DNA of 64,000 bases from Vicugna vicugna (GCA_013265495.1 MU058065.1:2643003-2707002), one strand, 5' to 3'; numbered from the stretch's first letter, positions 51,720 through 63,885 are shown. Program-made: numbers and translations. Notes: generated by a model from the sequence alone, not told the origin.

Positions 51720-53000
51720 GACCCTACAAATATTCTTAACAACGAAGAACCCAATACTACATGGACCCCTTCTCTAAGCATGATAAAATATATTTAGGAA
51801 TCACAAATAAAAAGACAGTTTTATTCATTTCTATATATTGAAATGCTCATACTCCTACAGAAGTCATGAGTTAAACAAGAAATCATGATAAAATTATGAA
51901 ATATAGAGCACTAAATGAATAACATTAAAATCAGCATGTATCAAAAAATAGGAGACGCAGCCAAAGCAAGTCTTATAAAATTATACAAACCCTGGACAAT
52001 CTGGACGGATGAGGTGGTAAACACAACAGAACTCCTGCCTCATTAGGGAACGTCAACAAGTAGTTAGGATTTTTTATGGGTAAATTTTACCAAACCTTCT
52101 GGAACTAATAATCTATTTTATACAAATTGTTTCTATACCTGTAAAGGTCACTGAATCTCCTTCTGTTATCATTTCTTCTTTGAGCCTTTCTGTGAACTCT
52201 TGTTTTAGAAGCTATAATTTATTTAATGGATCTGGTTTCATGGAGAACTATTTGTTGAAAAATTTTGATCATTTCAGATAATATTAATGTGTCTCTTAGC
52301 CTGTTTTTGCTTATCATTTCCTTTTCTCCTTTTTTTTTTCTTCAAATATTTTTTCCTGAAGTCCTAAGCTGGGTTGTTTCATTCGGTTTGGTTTTGAATT
52401 GTTGCTTCTCATGTTTGAATGAGGGTGTGCTTCCTAGGTCAGCTGCTTCCACGGGAGTAGAGCTGGGGAGGAATCAAAAGGTGCTGGATGCTTAGATTTT
52501 GGTTCCTTGGTCCGTTGTCTCTGAACATTTTCTCATCAACCTCATGAGGGAGTTTAATTCTACTCAGGGCAGGTAGTCTTCCTAACTCAGATTCAAGTCC
52601 CACGTGTGACCAGCCTTGCTGCGTTGCCCGGCACCTACCATTTCTCCACGCTCTTGCCACGTCATCAGCCTTCTTCTTACAATGATGACGTCTCCATCTC
52701 TTCTTGTAGCACCATCTCTCCTGCCCCTCAGAGATGTCAAAGGAGTTGGGGGAAATTCCCATAGCTTGCCAACGGTCCCTGATGAATCAGGGCCTCTGCT
52801 CCAGATCTGTAGGGGTGGGTGGTGTGCAACCTCACTCTGATCCACCTAGTCGTTCATCTTCATTTGTGTGGGGTTATGGTGTTTCATATTTTTAATGACA
52901 AAGAAATGTATGTACTGCTTTTGATTAGATTCAGGGAGAAGAAGCAAGAAAATACATCCTTATACGACCACCTTCAACTGGGAGACCCCATCATTGTCTT
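51720..53000. mobile_element. Old L1M fragments (+ strand ~51720-52130; - strand ~52140-53000)
   Basis: ORF2-like AACATTAAAATCAGCATGTATCAAAAAATAGGAGACGCAGCCAAAGCA, followed by a T-rich reverse ORF1/5' region. Confidence 0.5.
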
Positions 53001-53857
53001 AGCAGCCTAGGACTGTAAGGCATGAAGATTTTCCAGCCCACAGATCCACACCCAAGTAATATATTCTAGGCAGTGGGTGTCTGAAATTTTACATTTTATT
53101 TAATTTAAGGAATTGATTTAAGAAGTAAGTAGAACAGAATATGAGTTAGGGCTGGCTGTACACCACTACTAATTTTTTTAAGTGACTTTAAGCCAGATCA
53201 AAATGTTCTCATAGCTGGGTCAAAACAGTCTCATCACAACGTCCTTGACATTAAGGCAGGCATATCAAAACAAAAGCATCCAAATGTCATGCGCTTGCTG
53301 ATAAAACACTGATGGAGACCGTAGAGGGATTGAACTTAATCCTTCAGTGAGCATTAGCATTTCATGCCAAAGAAACAGATGTTAAAAAGGTTGCTTGTCA
53401 CAAACGTAAACTTTTCCAAACGCCTACTGGGTTTGCATGAAGGTTTGACAAGAAAATCAACCACAACTCTGCCTGTGCTTCCCCAGGCCACTCTTGAGGA
53501 CCATTGGGTTCATCCTAAATAATGACAAAAAGCACCAAAACCACATCTCTCTTTTCTACTGCATATCTGCCTATGGGCATATTGGGGGTCATTTTGCAGA
53601 GTTAATGAGAGACCAAATTAAAGTTGACCAGCTAGTGATGATTAGCTACAAACTGGGAAATCAGGACTCCCATTGGGAGAATGGGCGAGTTTTACACGTG
53701 ATTGATGTGTGTCGTTTACTTTCAATGTCTGTAAAAAGTATCTGACTCAAAATATCTCTCTTACTGTCCTTCCTGCTTTGCCTGGAATCCCCATACTGGT
53801 CGTTCCTAATAAATGATAGGCATCCTAACTGTCCTGTGAGATGAATAAAAGGCAGGA

Positions 53858-54075
53858 CACATAGTGAGAAGGAAAAGAGCATGACTCTTGGAATCAGACA
53901 ACTTGGAGTTCGAATCCTGACTTCGTTGCTTCCTAATTGTGCAGCCCTGTGACAAGGTACTTAACTTCTGTTACTCTCAACTTTCCCAATTATATAAGGT
54001 GGCAATAATAACAACCACCTTGTCAGGTTGTCAAGAGCAATAAGTACAATGACATAATGAATGCATCTAGCAAAA
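53858..54075 (+). mobile_element. MIR SINE
   Basis: CATAGTGAG...AAGAGCATGACTCTTGGAATCAGAC...GTTCGAATCCTGACTTC. Confidence 0.8.
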
Positions 54076-55808
54076 GGTGAGTGACCGGGAAATGGGAACT
54101 TTAGAACTCAAAACATTGGAACAATATACTAAGCTATAAAAGAGATATGATCATTCGGCTTTCCAACTCCTTGGAGAAAGGTGTCAGAGAAGCTGGGGTA
54201 AAACATGCGCTTTGGAGATAGGAAAGTTGAAAAAAACTACTAAGGGACACTTTCAACTAATAGAAACTTTTGATCCACTGTGAGACCCAGGGCTGTTGTA
54301 ACATTTGACACCCAAGGCAAAAGGGAAAACAGCAGAGCATTAAGAATTGACCCAAGAATGAATTAGAAATGCTTTTGGAAATGTATTTGGAGCAAATCAC
54401 TTTGAGTCTAAAGGGAAGGGAATAAGCCACAAGGTTTAAACAGCATAGGTTATGAGAATTCAAGTCTTTTGCTATGGGCAGCACAGAACCCAATAAGCTA
54501 GGTTTATAAGACTGTGCAAGGGACAAGCTGTTGGTTGCAAAGCACTATCTCCAGGGTTTGGTGTCCCTGGTCTATAACATCTAGAAAGTGTGGCACTTGT
54601 AGAGTTTTTTTCTCTCTTTCAAGTTCCACCCAGGAGAACAGGTTAGATACATAGGGAAGGCATCCTGAAATAAGATGAGCTCATATGGACGGCTCATGTG
54701 TCAATAGGATGTATTCAGGAAAAAGTTTTCCTTTATTTCAGATAAACTATCACTCCCATGGGAATGAACGGTGCACTGGCGACCTAGAAGCCACATGAAG
54801 CCACATTCTACCTTCCCTGTGAAGATCAGATTATTACATTTCTTGACACTGTTTGAAAACAAATGCTTGTTTACAATTCATACCAATGTATACATGATAC
54901 AGACTTATACAATAATTCTGTTCATAAAATACAGGTTTTAAAAATGTGACTCCATACATACATAATTCTTTTACAATGCACACTTTTCCCCTGTGATGCA
55001 AGATTCTTGCCATATTCAAGTCACAAAAAATAACTTCAGCCAAGTCACTTTTCTTCTATGGCTGTCCACTGCTTTACCTTTAAAGTCAAGACTTTAATGT
55101 TATGATTTCCTACCTTCAACTTTTGCACCCTGCAAGGCTGAACTTTATAGTTACGAATGTTCATTATGGTTAGCTGTGGAAATACGTAAACACTATCACA
55201 TACGTACACAGTTAAAAGCATAAGCCTTCATGTTGCTATAGTAATCCCAAGGGCACCTCTGTACCAAGGACCACAAACACAATTATGTTAGCAAAGCACT
55301 TCGATGTGGTTACACTTTACTTTGAATACATCAGGTTGATGTTTAAAAGTCCTTTGAGCAGAAGTACTAAAAAGAAATTCTTATTTCTATCATAGGAGCA
55401 CGGTCTCCAATTGTTCTTCAGAAAAGATGGGAAATGATTCAAAATATCAGATTTTCAACATTGTGGCGAAGATGAAATAGACTGTGTTCGTCTTTTGGCC
55501 TTTGCCTACAAGGATTAAAAAAAAAAGAAGAACCAAAAGAGCAAAACTAAGAAAGTTAAAATGAGGGTTTCAGAGAACTTTTCTTTCATCATAATTAATT
55601 TCCTCTGATACAAGGGTATTTTTTTGCCAAATATCTATTTGTTCTTTCAAAAAGCCTAAGTAATATTAATAGGAACATGCAGTTCCAAGAGTATTTAATG
55701 TACGTAGGACCATGACTAGTACTTCTGAGCTATTTAGCAAATATCATTTCCTTCCTTTAAACTATTTAGCCTTTTTATTTATAGTTTACATTTTTCAGAA
55801 TGGGATTT

Positions 55809-55883
55809 TTTTATTTTTAAAAAAATATTTTTATTGAAGTATAGTCAGTTTACAATGTTGTGCTAATTTCTGGTGTACAGCAC
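55809..55883 (-). mobile_element. Ultra-short young L1 tail with perfect 13-bp TSD
   Basis: TSD CAGAATGGGATTT at 55796-55808 and 55884-55896. Confidence 0.92.
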
Positions 55884-56289
55884 CAGAATGGGATTTCTAA
55901 ATTCCAATGGAAAGTTAAAGATTTCCAAGTTCTGGATATGTATTTTAGTTGGTTGCCTAAAGATTAACATTTGCCCATGAAGATATTTTTAAAAGATCTG
56001 TGTTAACATCTTAGTAAAACAGTAGCATGAACTTTATTTTTAAACTTTAGTTTTAAAATGGAATTGAATTTTAATAGCTGAGGATTCTCCAGCCACAGGC
56101 TATCATTCTGGTCACTACAGCAGTGCCTGTTAAGGTAGGACTATGAAAGATGCGGATAAATGTGCTCTAATGTCAGAACATAACCATATCCAGGTTGAAA
56201 TTATGAAACAGGATTTTTAAAATAGTCAACATCCTGTGGTTTTCTTCTTTGTTCTAAAAATCATGATGAGTTAAAGATGAATTTAATAA

Positions 56290-56389
56290 GACTATGAAAA
56301 CGAACATATGTATGTATATGTATGACTGGGACATTATGCTGTACACCAGAAATCGACACATTGTAACTGACTCTACTTAAATTTTAAAA
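56290..56389 (+). mobile_element. Ultra-short young L1 tail with 13-bp TSD
   Basis: TSD ATGAATTTAATAA at 56277-56289 and 56390-56402; GCTGTACACCAGAAATCGACACATTGTAACTGAC. Confidence 0.92.
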
Positions 56390-56771
56390 ATGAATTTAAT
56401 AAACTGAAGGCTCTGCTCAATTGATTTTTAGTTAATTGATAGTTATATCAATTACTAATATCTTATTAGCAAAATATCTGTTTCATTTGTAGGTATGGCA
56501 ACAGAGTAGAGAATGGTAATTAAATCCAAAACTTGGTTTCAGTCATCAAAAATATTTATTAAGTATTGATTGTAACTTCTGAAAAAGAACAACTTTGGTA
56601 TAAAAAGAATAGTGTTTATTCAGTTTACATATTATGTTATTGACTGATTTTTATACCGACGGTAGGACTTACATGTAAATATGAAACGTATGTTAACTAG
56701 AACTGATCAAATTGTCTTAATAGTATTTATAAATACTCCCTTAGGATTTGAAGTCATTGGCTGAATAGACT

Positions 56772-57565
56772 TCTTTTTTTAAGTCAAGTATAGTCAATTT
56801 ACAATGTATTAATTTCCAGTGTACAGCATGATGATTCATCTATACATATGTATATATTCGCTTTTCATATTCTTTTTCATTATAGGTTATTACAAGATAT
56901 TGAATGTAGTTCAAAGTATTGAATATAATTCTTCATGCTGTACCATAAGACTTTGTTGTTTATCTATTTTATATATAGTAGTTAGTATCTACAAATCTTG
57001 ATTTCCCAATTTATCTCTCCCCAACCCCTTTCCCCTCCTGGTAACTGTAAGTTTGTTTTCTATGTGTGTGGAGTTTGTCTCTGTTTTGTAAATAAGTTCA
57101 TTTGTGTCCTTTTTTAGATTCCACATATAAGGGATATTACATAGTATTTTTCTTTCTCTTTCTGGCTTACTTCACTTTGTATGATAATCTCCAGATCTAT
57201 CCATGTTGCTGCAAATGGCATTATTTTATTCTTTTTTTAATCACTGAGCAGTATTCCACTGTGTTTATATGCCACAACTTCTTTATCTAGTCACCTCTCA
57301 ATGGACATTTAGATTGCTTCCATGTCTTGGCTATTGCAGATAATGGTGCTGTGAACACTGGGGTGCATGTATCTTTTCAAATTAGAGATTCCTCTGGATA
57401 TATGCTCAGAAGTGAGCTTGCTGGATCATGGAGTAAGTTTATTTTCAGTTTTTTAAGGAATCTGCATACTGTTTTCCATCATGGCTGCACCAAACTACCT
57501 TCCCACCAACAATGTAGGAAGGTTCCCTTTTCTCCATACCCTCTCCAGTGTTTATCATGTGTGAA
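56772..57565 (-). mobile_element. L1 ORF2 end plus 3' UTR (lineage-specific)
   Basis: Poly-T head, CCATGTTGCTGCAAATGGCATTATTT, ATGGACATTTAGATTGCTTCCATGTCTTGGCTATTG. Confidence 0.9.
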
Positions 57566-57814
57566 TTAGTAGATTTCTAATTTAAACATTTGCACACATG
57601 TATCTAAGGAGCTGAGATATAAACAACTCAACTCATTTTTTAAGAGAGTCACTTCTTTAAAGATTAGAAATATTGACTTTGGTGTGTGTCATAATGATTT
57701 ATATGAACTAGAAACATTGCTTTTTCTGGCTAAATGAATATGTTGTGAAGTATACAGAAGCACTATAGTGCATTGCAGTAAACAAGCTTTTAACCCTCTT
57801 TACGTAAGATATCT

Positions 57815-57855
57815 AGAAAAAGAATACTTTACAAAACAGAAATGGAAATTTTATT
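57815..57855 (-). terminator. Putative polyadenylation signal for the minus-strand candidate gene
   Basis: AATAAA on the minus strand (plus TTTATT 57850-57855) followed by a U/GU-rich tract TTTCTGTTTTGTAAAGTATTCTTTTT. Confidence 0.35.
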
Positions 57856-57980
57856 AGAACCAAGAGTATCTTATTAAAACCATCTTTTACCTCTAGTCAG
57901 AGGATATAGAGATGGCTTCATCAATCAAGGTCTGTTTAATCTGCCAGGCTCTGCTATGGTCAGGGAGGATCTAAAAGTGG

Positions 57981-58028
57981 TTACAGCAGCACCTCACCAT
58001 ATGTCATGTCCTTAACAATGTCAATTAT
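57981..58028 (-). CDS. Candidate terminal coding exon (coding part) of an unidentified minus-strand gene: IIDIVKDMTYGEVLL*
   Basis: Minus-strand acceptor ttcatgtctatgtttAG, then 15 codons and TAA (57983-57981). The other two frames hit stops at once. Phase 0 matches the upstream candidate exon. AATAAA lies ~125 nt downstream. Confidence 0.45.
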   Translation of the reverse strand: MIDIVKDMTYGEVLL

Positions 58029-58206
58029 CTAAACATAGACATGAACTAGAATGTGCTTTTCGAAACTTAGGACAAGGAATTAAAACAGAAGTCACAAACT
58101 CTTCTCAATAATGTTTACTCATTTTACTATAAGGAAAGCACCTCAGAACCTATTTATTTTCAATTTAAGTGACATTATAACAAACTTCAAATATGCATCA
58201 TAGGAA

Positions 58207-58511
58207 CAAACTTATGGTTACTAGGGGGAAAGGGTTGGGAAGAGATAAATTGGGAGTTTGAGATTTGCAGATACTAACTCATATATAGAAAATAGATAAA
58301 CATGTTTATACTGTATAGCACAGGAAACTATATTCAATATCTTATAGTAACTTATGGTTAAAAAGAATATGAAAACAAATATATGCATTTTCCTATAAGA
58401 CTAAAGTATTGTACTGTACACCAGAAATTGACACAACATTGTAAACTGACTATACTTCAATAAAAATATATTTTAAAAAATTATTAAATGCTTTTCTTTC
58501 CTCCCCCACTC
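58207..58511 (+). mobile_element. Young L1 3' UTR with 19-bp TSD
   Basis: TSD CAAATATGCATCATAGGAA at 58188-58206 and 58512-58530. Confidence 0.92.
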
Positions 58512-58599
58512 CAAATATGCATCATAGGAATTTCAGTGATTAAATGTAACTAATCCCTTAACACTGGAATGTATCTTGAATATTCTGAAAAGCAAGGGA

Positions 58600-59222
58600 G
58601 TAAGGGAGCTTTGGGTGGCATATATTGTGAACAAGGTGGAGGAATGGTAGGGGTGAAGTCAGAAAGGTAACGGGCCATGTCAGGTCATATCAAGCTTTCT
58701 AGACCATTGTAGCTTTAACCCTGAGTGAAATCGGAGCCTTGGACGGTTTTGAGTAAAGGAGAACATGGCATGGTCTGACTTACAATTTTAGTCATTCTAG
58801 GCTGCTGTTTGAGAATACGCTGTAGGAAAGCAAGCGTAAAGCAGGTAAACTAGTTAGGAGGCTGCTGCAGTAATCCAGCTGAGAAGGGCTCCTGGCTTGG
58901 GTCATGGAAATGTTGAGTCAATAGGTGTAGGCTCTATTCTGAAGTTGGAACAGATGGGAATTTCTGGCAGGGTGTACATAGGGTGTGAGGCAATGGGAGG
59001 AGTTAGGGATGACAAAACTATTTTGGCCAGTCAACTGGGAGGGCAAGGTTGCCTGTAATCGAGATGGGTTTTCAGGGAAAGATGAGCTCAGTTTTGGACA
59101 TGTGAAACTGAAATGTCTCCAGGACATAGAAGTAGGAATGAAGGTTGGAAATTGTATATGTGAGCCTAAAATTGGGCATTGAGGTCTGGACTAGAGATAG
59201 AAATTGAAGGGTCATTAAGTTA
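58600..59222 (-). mobile_element. L2 LINE fragment
   Basis: TAGTTAGGAGGCTGCTGCAGTAATCCAG...GATGAGCTCAGTTTTGGACATGTGAAACTGAAATGTCT. Confidence 0.85.
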
Positions 59223-59379
59223 GCAGGGGCATACTTATGTTTTGTCACTCAGTATTTAGTAAATAGAATGAGGGTTTAAATTGCGCTTGGTTATTTTTAG
59301 TCTCATATAATTCATAATCATTTTTCTTAATTAATAAATAATTCAAATTGAAGGACTTAACTCTTTGGCTATTAATTAC

Positions 59380-59425
59380 CACGTCCACCATCCCATCAGT
59401 ATCTTCTGATGAAGCAAATGAAAGC
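59380..59425 (-). CDS. Candidate internal coding exon (46 nt): (x)LSFASSEDTDGMVDV
   Basis: Minus-strand acceptor ttttcccataatAG and donor GTG|GTAATT. Open frame starts in phase 2, ends in phase 0 and joins in frame to 58028. In-frame upstream acceptors near 59467-59476 are also possible. Confidence 0.45.
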
Positions 59426-60254
59426 CTATTATGGGAAAACTGTACAACAGCATGAATTACATTCATTCTAAAACCCTACTGGTAAGCAATTAAATTCACT
59501 TGCACCACGAACTTTGTTTGCTTAAACCGGCTGTTTCAGAGTACAGAGTTTAGGATCAGTCAGCCTGCTTCCTGGAATTCATATTGTGATTTGTAGTCTT
59601 TAACCTTAAAGCAGAAATCTAAAGAGACCCTCACAGAAACCTGCTGATCTGCTGCCAGCCTGCAGGCATAGGGAGTTGTATCATTGTCTTGCTTTAATTA
59701 AAACCAGACACTGATTAACTTGTGGAAGCATCTAGAAGCACATCTCAAAAGAACCATCAGGCATTATTTTCAATCCCCATCCTGGGGAAGACATCTTTGT
59801 TTACTGAGTAGGGCCTTGCCATCTGGTTATGTTGTGGGGGAAAATCTTCACTCGCTCCCCTTATATGGTACAGGAGATAGCCAAAATTTATTTTTACAAG
59901 CTTAGAGGGAAGAAAAAAATTAACTGGCATTGCTAGCTGTTTTCCCCACCCCAGCTTCTAGGATAGAGATACCAGTAATGGTTTTTAAGGAATTAGGGAA
60001 GGGATATCCTGCAGGATCACGCCAGGGAGAGAGAAGATAGCACAATGTTTGGACAAGAGAGTAACTGAATCTAAGAAATATGGAGAAGACAGCAAGGGTC
60101 CTGCAGTTTCTGCTCTCATACCAGGACCTCTGAGTCCCTGGAAATGGTGGCCTGGAGGGGTGTGGTCCCTCACACTAACACAAAGGCCTGAAGAAAAACG
60201 CTTAAGCCCGACACTGGCACAGAAGCAGTGCGGCCACCACTGTTCTTATTAATA

Positions 60255-60450
60255 AGAATGTATGTTAGATTGTATGCTAGAATTAGAAAAATGCTAATTA
60301 AAGAAATCAAAGATCTGAATAAATGGAGAGACACACTGTGCTCCTGAATTGGGAGACTCGACATAGTAAATAAAGACGTCAATTTTACCCTAAGTTGATC
60401 TATAGGTTTAACGCAATTTCTATCAAAATTCTAGCAGGTTTCTTTATAGA
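60255..60450 (+). mobile_element. L1M ORF2 fragment
   Basis: Encodes IYRFNAISIKI, matching the L1 ORF2 motif IYRFNAIPIK. Confidence 0.8.
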
Positions 60451-60699
60451 TGTGTTTGAGCAATGTGCATGTGGACATGGGCTCAGGGCACAGCAGGGGT
60501 CAGCTGTGTGGCCTGAAGCCCAGAGAGCCCGTCTGTCTAAATTGCATTGGACCCCTCGGCTCATGTCCTACCCCAAGAGTAGGCAGAAGCCCACAAAATT
60601 CCGAGATGCAGCTTCCCTTTGATGAAGTAGGAGCTTGGAGATAAAGAACTGATTTTATTTTTTACAGAAATAAAAAAATGTTGCATGTTTCCCAGTGTT

Positions 60700-61115
60700 A
60701 TGAACTAAAGTGCATTCAATCTCCAGGAAGGGGCCCTCAAAGCTCTATTCAAATCTTATTTCTTTAGTCCCGTTTCTCACCATTTCCTACCCCACCTCAA
60801 TCCTATGTTTCTCCCCATTTATTTAATGCATAATTCACTTTCACACATCTCTACTTCCTGTACACCTTTCAAATGTTACCTCCTCAGGAAAGCCTTTTCA
60901 GTTCCCTCAAAATAATTGTCATCAAGCATTTTTATTTATGCTTCTATTTTAGCACTTCCGTAGAGAACATATTACATTAAGATCTGTACATGTTTATGAC
61001 CTCTACTAATATTATTAGTCACTTCAGAGCAACAACCAAGTATTTTTCATCTTTCTGACCCCATTATTTAGGTTAGTGTCTTGCTCATTTCAAGGTTCAT
61101 GTTTGTTGTTTGTAT
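60700..61115 (+). mobile_element. L2 fragment (degenerate)
   Basis: TTCAAATGTTACCTCCTCAGGAAAGCCTTT. Confidence 0.55.
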
Positions 61116-61129
61116 AATTAAAAGTTTAT

Positions 61130-63015
61130 GCATGCAAAACAAGGAAATAAAAGTCATACAGGTTAGAAAACCAAAAGTAAATGCTTCCTGCATTCTTAAT
61201 TATCTTCATAGAAAATCACAAGAAACCTTCGGAAAAACTCCTAGAATTGGTCATTGAGCTTAGCAGAATGACTATGGACAAAGCCAATACAAAAAATCAA
61301 TCACATTTCTATATGCGGTCAATTAAGAATCGAAACAGAACTTAAAAAACACAATGCAATGTATAATCTCTCTAAAAAAATAAAACACATAAGTGTAAAT
61401 CTATCAAAACATGTGCGGGATTTGTATGCTAATTAAGGAAATTAAAGAAGACCTAAATAAAGGGAGAGACATATCATGTTCATAATATGAGAGACTCAAC
61501 ATAGTGAAAATGTCAATTCTCCTCAAATTGATCTATAGGTTTAATGCAATGTCTATCAAAATTGCAGCAGGATTCTTTGTAGAGATAGACAAAACTATTC
61601 CAAATTTTACATGGAAATTAAAAGGAAGAATAAAACAAATTTTAAATAGAAGAATAAAGTTGAAGAACAAAGAACTTGCCTTACCGGATTTTAAGACTTG
61701 TATAGCTATGGTAATCTAAATCAAGTTGGATTTCATCAAAGGTAAAAACCGTCATTCTGTGAAAGACCCTATTAAGAGGATGGTAACAAACCAGAAGGTG
61801 GGAGAAAATATCTGCAGATCGTGTATGTGACAAAATACTTCTATCATAGTATACTTAAAAACTTCTCTGAATACAAAAATAAGAAAACAAAAAATTTAAT
61901 CAGATAAAGGGCAAAAGAAAACTCCACAAAGAAAATATACAGATGGCAAAATAAGTACATATAAATGTATTCAACGTCATTAGCCATTAGGGAAATGAAG
62001 ATTAAAACACCAGTGAGATACCAGTACCCACCTACAGGAATGGCTAAAACAAAACATGCTGAATAAAAAGTAAAATTAAAAAGAACCAAATATTGATGAG
62101 AAACTGCATCACTCACACCTTGCTGGTGGGAGTGCGAAATGGTACAGCCACCCTGGAAAACAGTATGGCAGTGTTTTAAGAAAAAACCGAAAATACAATT
62201 ATCATATAACCTAGCAATCACACTCCCATGTATTTGTCTTAAGGAAATAAAAACTTGGTTTTATACAAAAAATTGTACATGGATGTTCATAGCAGTATTA
62301 TTTGCAATAGCCAAAAACTGGAAATCAGCCAAATGTTCTTCACTGAGTGAATAAACAAATTATGATATATCTATGCAATAAACTATTGCTCAATAATGAA
62401 GAGGAAAAACTGCTGCTATATTCAACGCAGGATGGCTCTTATGTCTCAAAAAAGCCAGTCTCAAAGGGTTATGTATTGTATGATTCTATTTATAAAGCAT
62501 TCTCAAAGTGACAAAATTGCAGTAGAGGAGATCAGTGGTTGCCAGGTGTTAGGTTTGGGAAAACACTGTGACTATTATGGGGTGATATGAAGGAGTGTAT
62601 GTGTGTGTGTGTGTGGTGATGGAACAGTTCTATATCTTGACCATGTTGAAGGTTTCTTGAATCTATAGATACAACAAAGTTTCATAAGACAATACACCAA
62701 TATTTTTTAAGTGCGTGTGAAAACTGGTGAAATACGGTCTGTACCTGAGTTAATAGTATTGTACCAATGTCGATTTCCTGGTTTTAATCATGTGCTATGG
62801 TTATGGTTATATAAGATATTCATCATTTGGAGAAGCTGGATGAAAGGTACATGGGAACTCTGTACTATTTTACAACGTCTTATGAATCTTAAGTTACCTT
62901 TTTAAAACTTCATGAAGGTCAGAGGCTATATGAGAATTCACTGTATTTTTCTGTGAACCTAAAACTACTAAAAAATATAGTATATTTTTAAAAAATAAAA
63001 TAAAGGTAAAAATAA
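61130..63015 (+). mobile_element. L1MD/L1MC-like ORF2 remnant plus 3' UTR
   Basis: Decayed ORF2 peptides (MSILLKLIYRFNAMSIKI; VQPPWKTVWQ); 3' UTR TAGTATTGTACCAATGTCGATTTCCTGG. Confidence 0.85.
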
Positions 63016-63259
63016 AGTCCTTGCAACATTTTATTTTAGAAATTATGAAGGACCCCTCCCTTCCTCCAATGGTAAATGTTGATAACATTTGCCTTTTATT
63101 TTCCTCCAAGAAAAGGCTCAAATTACACATGAATATATGTCACAGAAAATAAATGCTTGTCTTTTAACAGCAACTTATCCACAACAAATGAGCATAAAAC
63201 TCTTGTCAACATAGCCTGTGTCTCATATTGGAATAGCATTTTCAAGAATATCTGCATAC

Positions 63260-63318
63260 TTATTTGGACTTATCAGCCTCTGTGTAGACTGTAGATTCAG
63301 CAAAGCAGTATGTGGAAT
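63260..63318 (-). CDS. Weak candidate upstream exon (59 nt): IPHTALLNLQSTQRLISPN(K)
   Basis: Minus strand ttgtAG...AA|GTATGC, open, ends in phase 2, compatible with the 59425 exon. The polypyrimidine tract is poor. Confidence 0.2.
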
Positions 63319-63574
63319 CTACAACTCAAGTAAGCCTTTCAAATCCATTCATGTGTATGTGAAACCCAAATTTATATCATAGCTAGTTAAGAATTCTTCA
63401 TGATTTACAATAACCCCTGAGAAATGGCCATGATTACAAGATTGAAGACAAATCTCTAACGAGTTAAGATATCTTTTACAGTATTTTCTCATGAGACTCT
63501 GCCAAAGTTGTTTAGATCTCAGTGCATCCCCTAGATTACACTGATCACAGAGCTACTGATGTTAGAAGCCTGTT

Positions 63575-63885
63575 TTTAAAAAATTATAATTAATATATAT
63601 TATATTAGTGTCAGGTGTACAACATAGTGTGTTTCTTTTTGCAGTGTTTCAATATTTTTACACATTAAGAACTAATCACCATAATGAGAGCAGTTACCAT
63701 CCGTCACCATACAGAATTGTTACAATATTTTTTACTATATTCCCTATGTCTATATTACATCCCTGCAACTTATTTTATAGCTGGAAGTTTGGTACCTCTT
63801 AATCCCCCTAACCTATTTAGCCACAGAGAACAAACTGGAGGTGGCCAGAGGAGAGTGGACAGGGGGATGCACAAAACACGTAAAA
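63575..63885 (-). mobile_element. 5'-inverted (twin-primed) L1MA-like insertion
   Basis: Reverse L1 3' end (~63575-63818) joined to the forward upstream L1 segment (~63820-63885). TSD-like TAGAAGC(C)TGTTTT on both sides. Confidence 0.75.

Noticed and set aside
51257..51739. 160-aa ORF and antisense ORFs
   Set aside because: Kept open by the GA-rich low-complexity tract; the peptide is low-complexity.
55079..55130. Minus-strand open segment VQKLKVGNHNIKVLTLK with AG/GT ends
   Set aside because: Poor polypyrimidine tract, and its phase is incompatible with the upstream candidate exon.
57891..57970. Minus-strand segment ILPDHSRAWQIKQTLIDEAISISSD* after a ttttAG, and the internal G|GTGAGG donor at ~57997
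   Set aside because: Joining the two would need a 27-nt intron, below the mammalian minimum; treated as 3' UTR.
60255..61590. Two similar L1 ORF2 segments ~1.2 kb apart
   Set aside because: Differences look like independent decay from the L1 consensus; no evidence of a local duplication.
61504..62354. ORFs with protein-like sequence (MSILLKLIYRFNA..., MVQPPWKTVWQ...)
   Set aside because: Decayed L1 ORF2 fragments, not host genes. The same applies to ORFs at 33740, 37834, 57327 and 60395.
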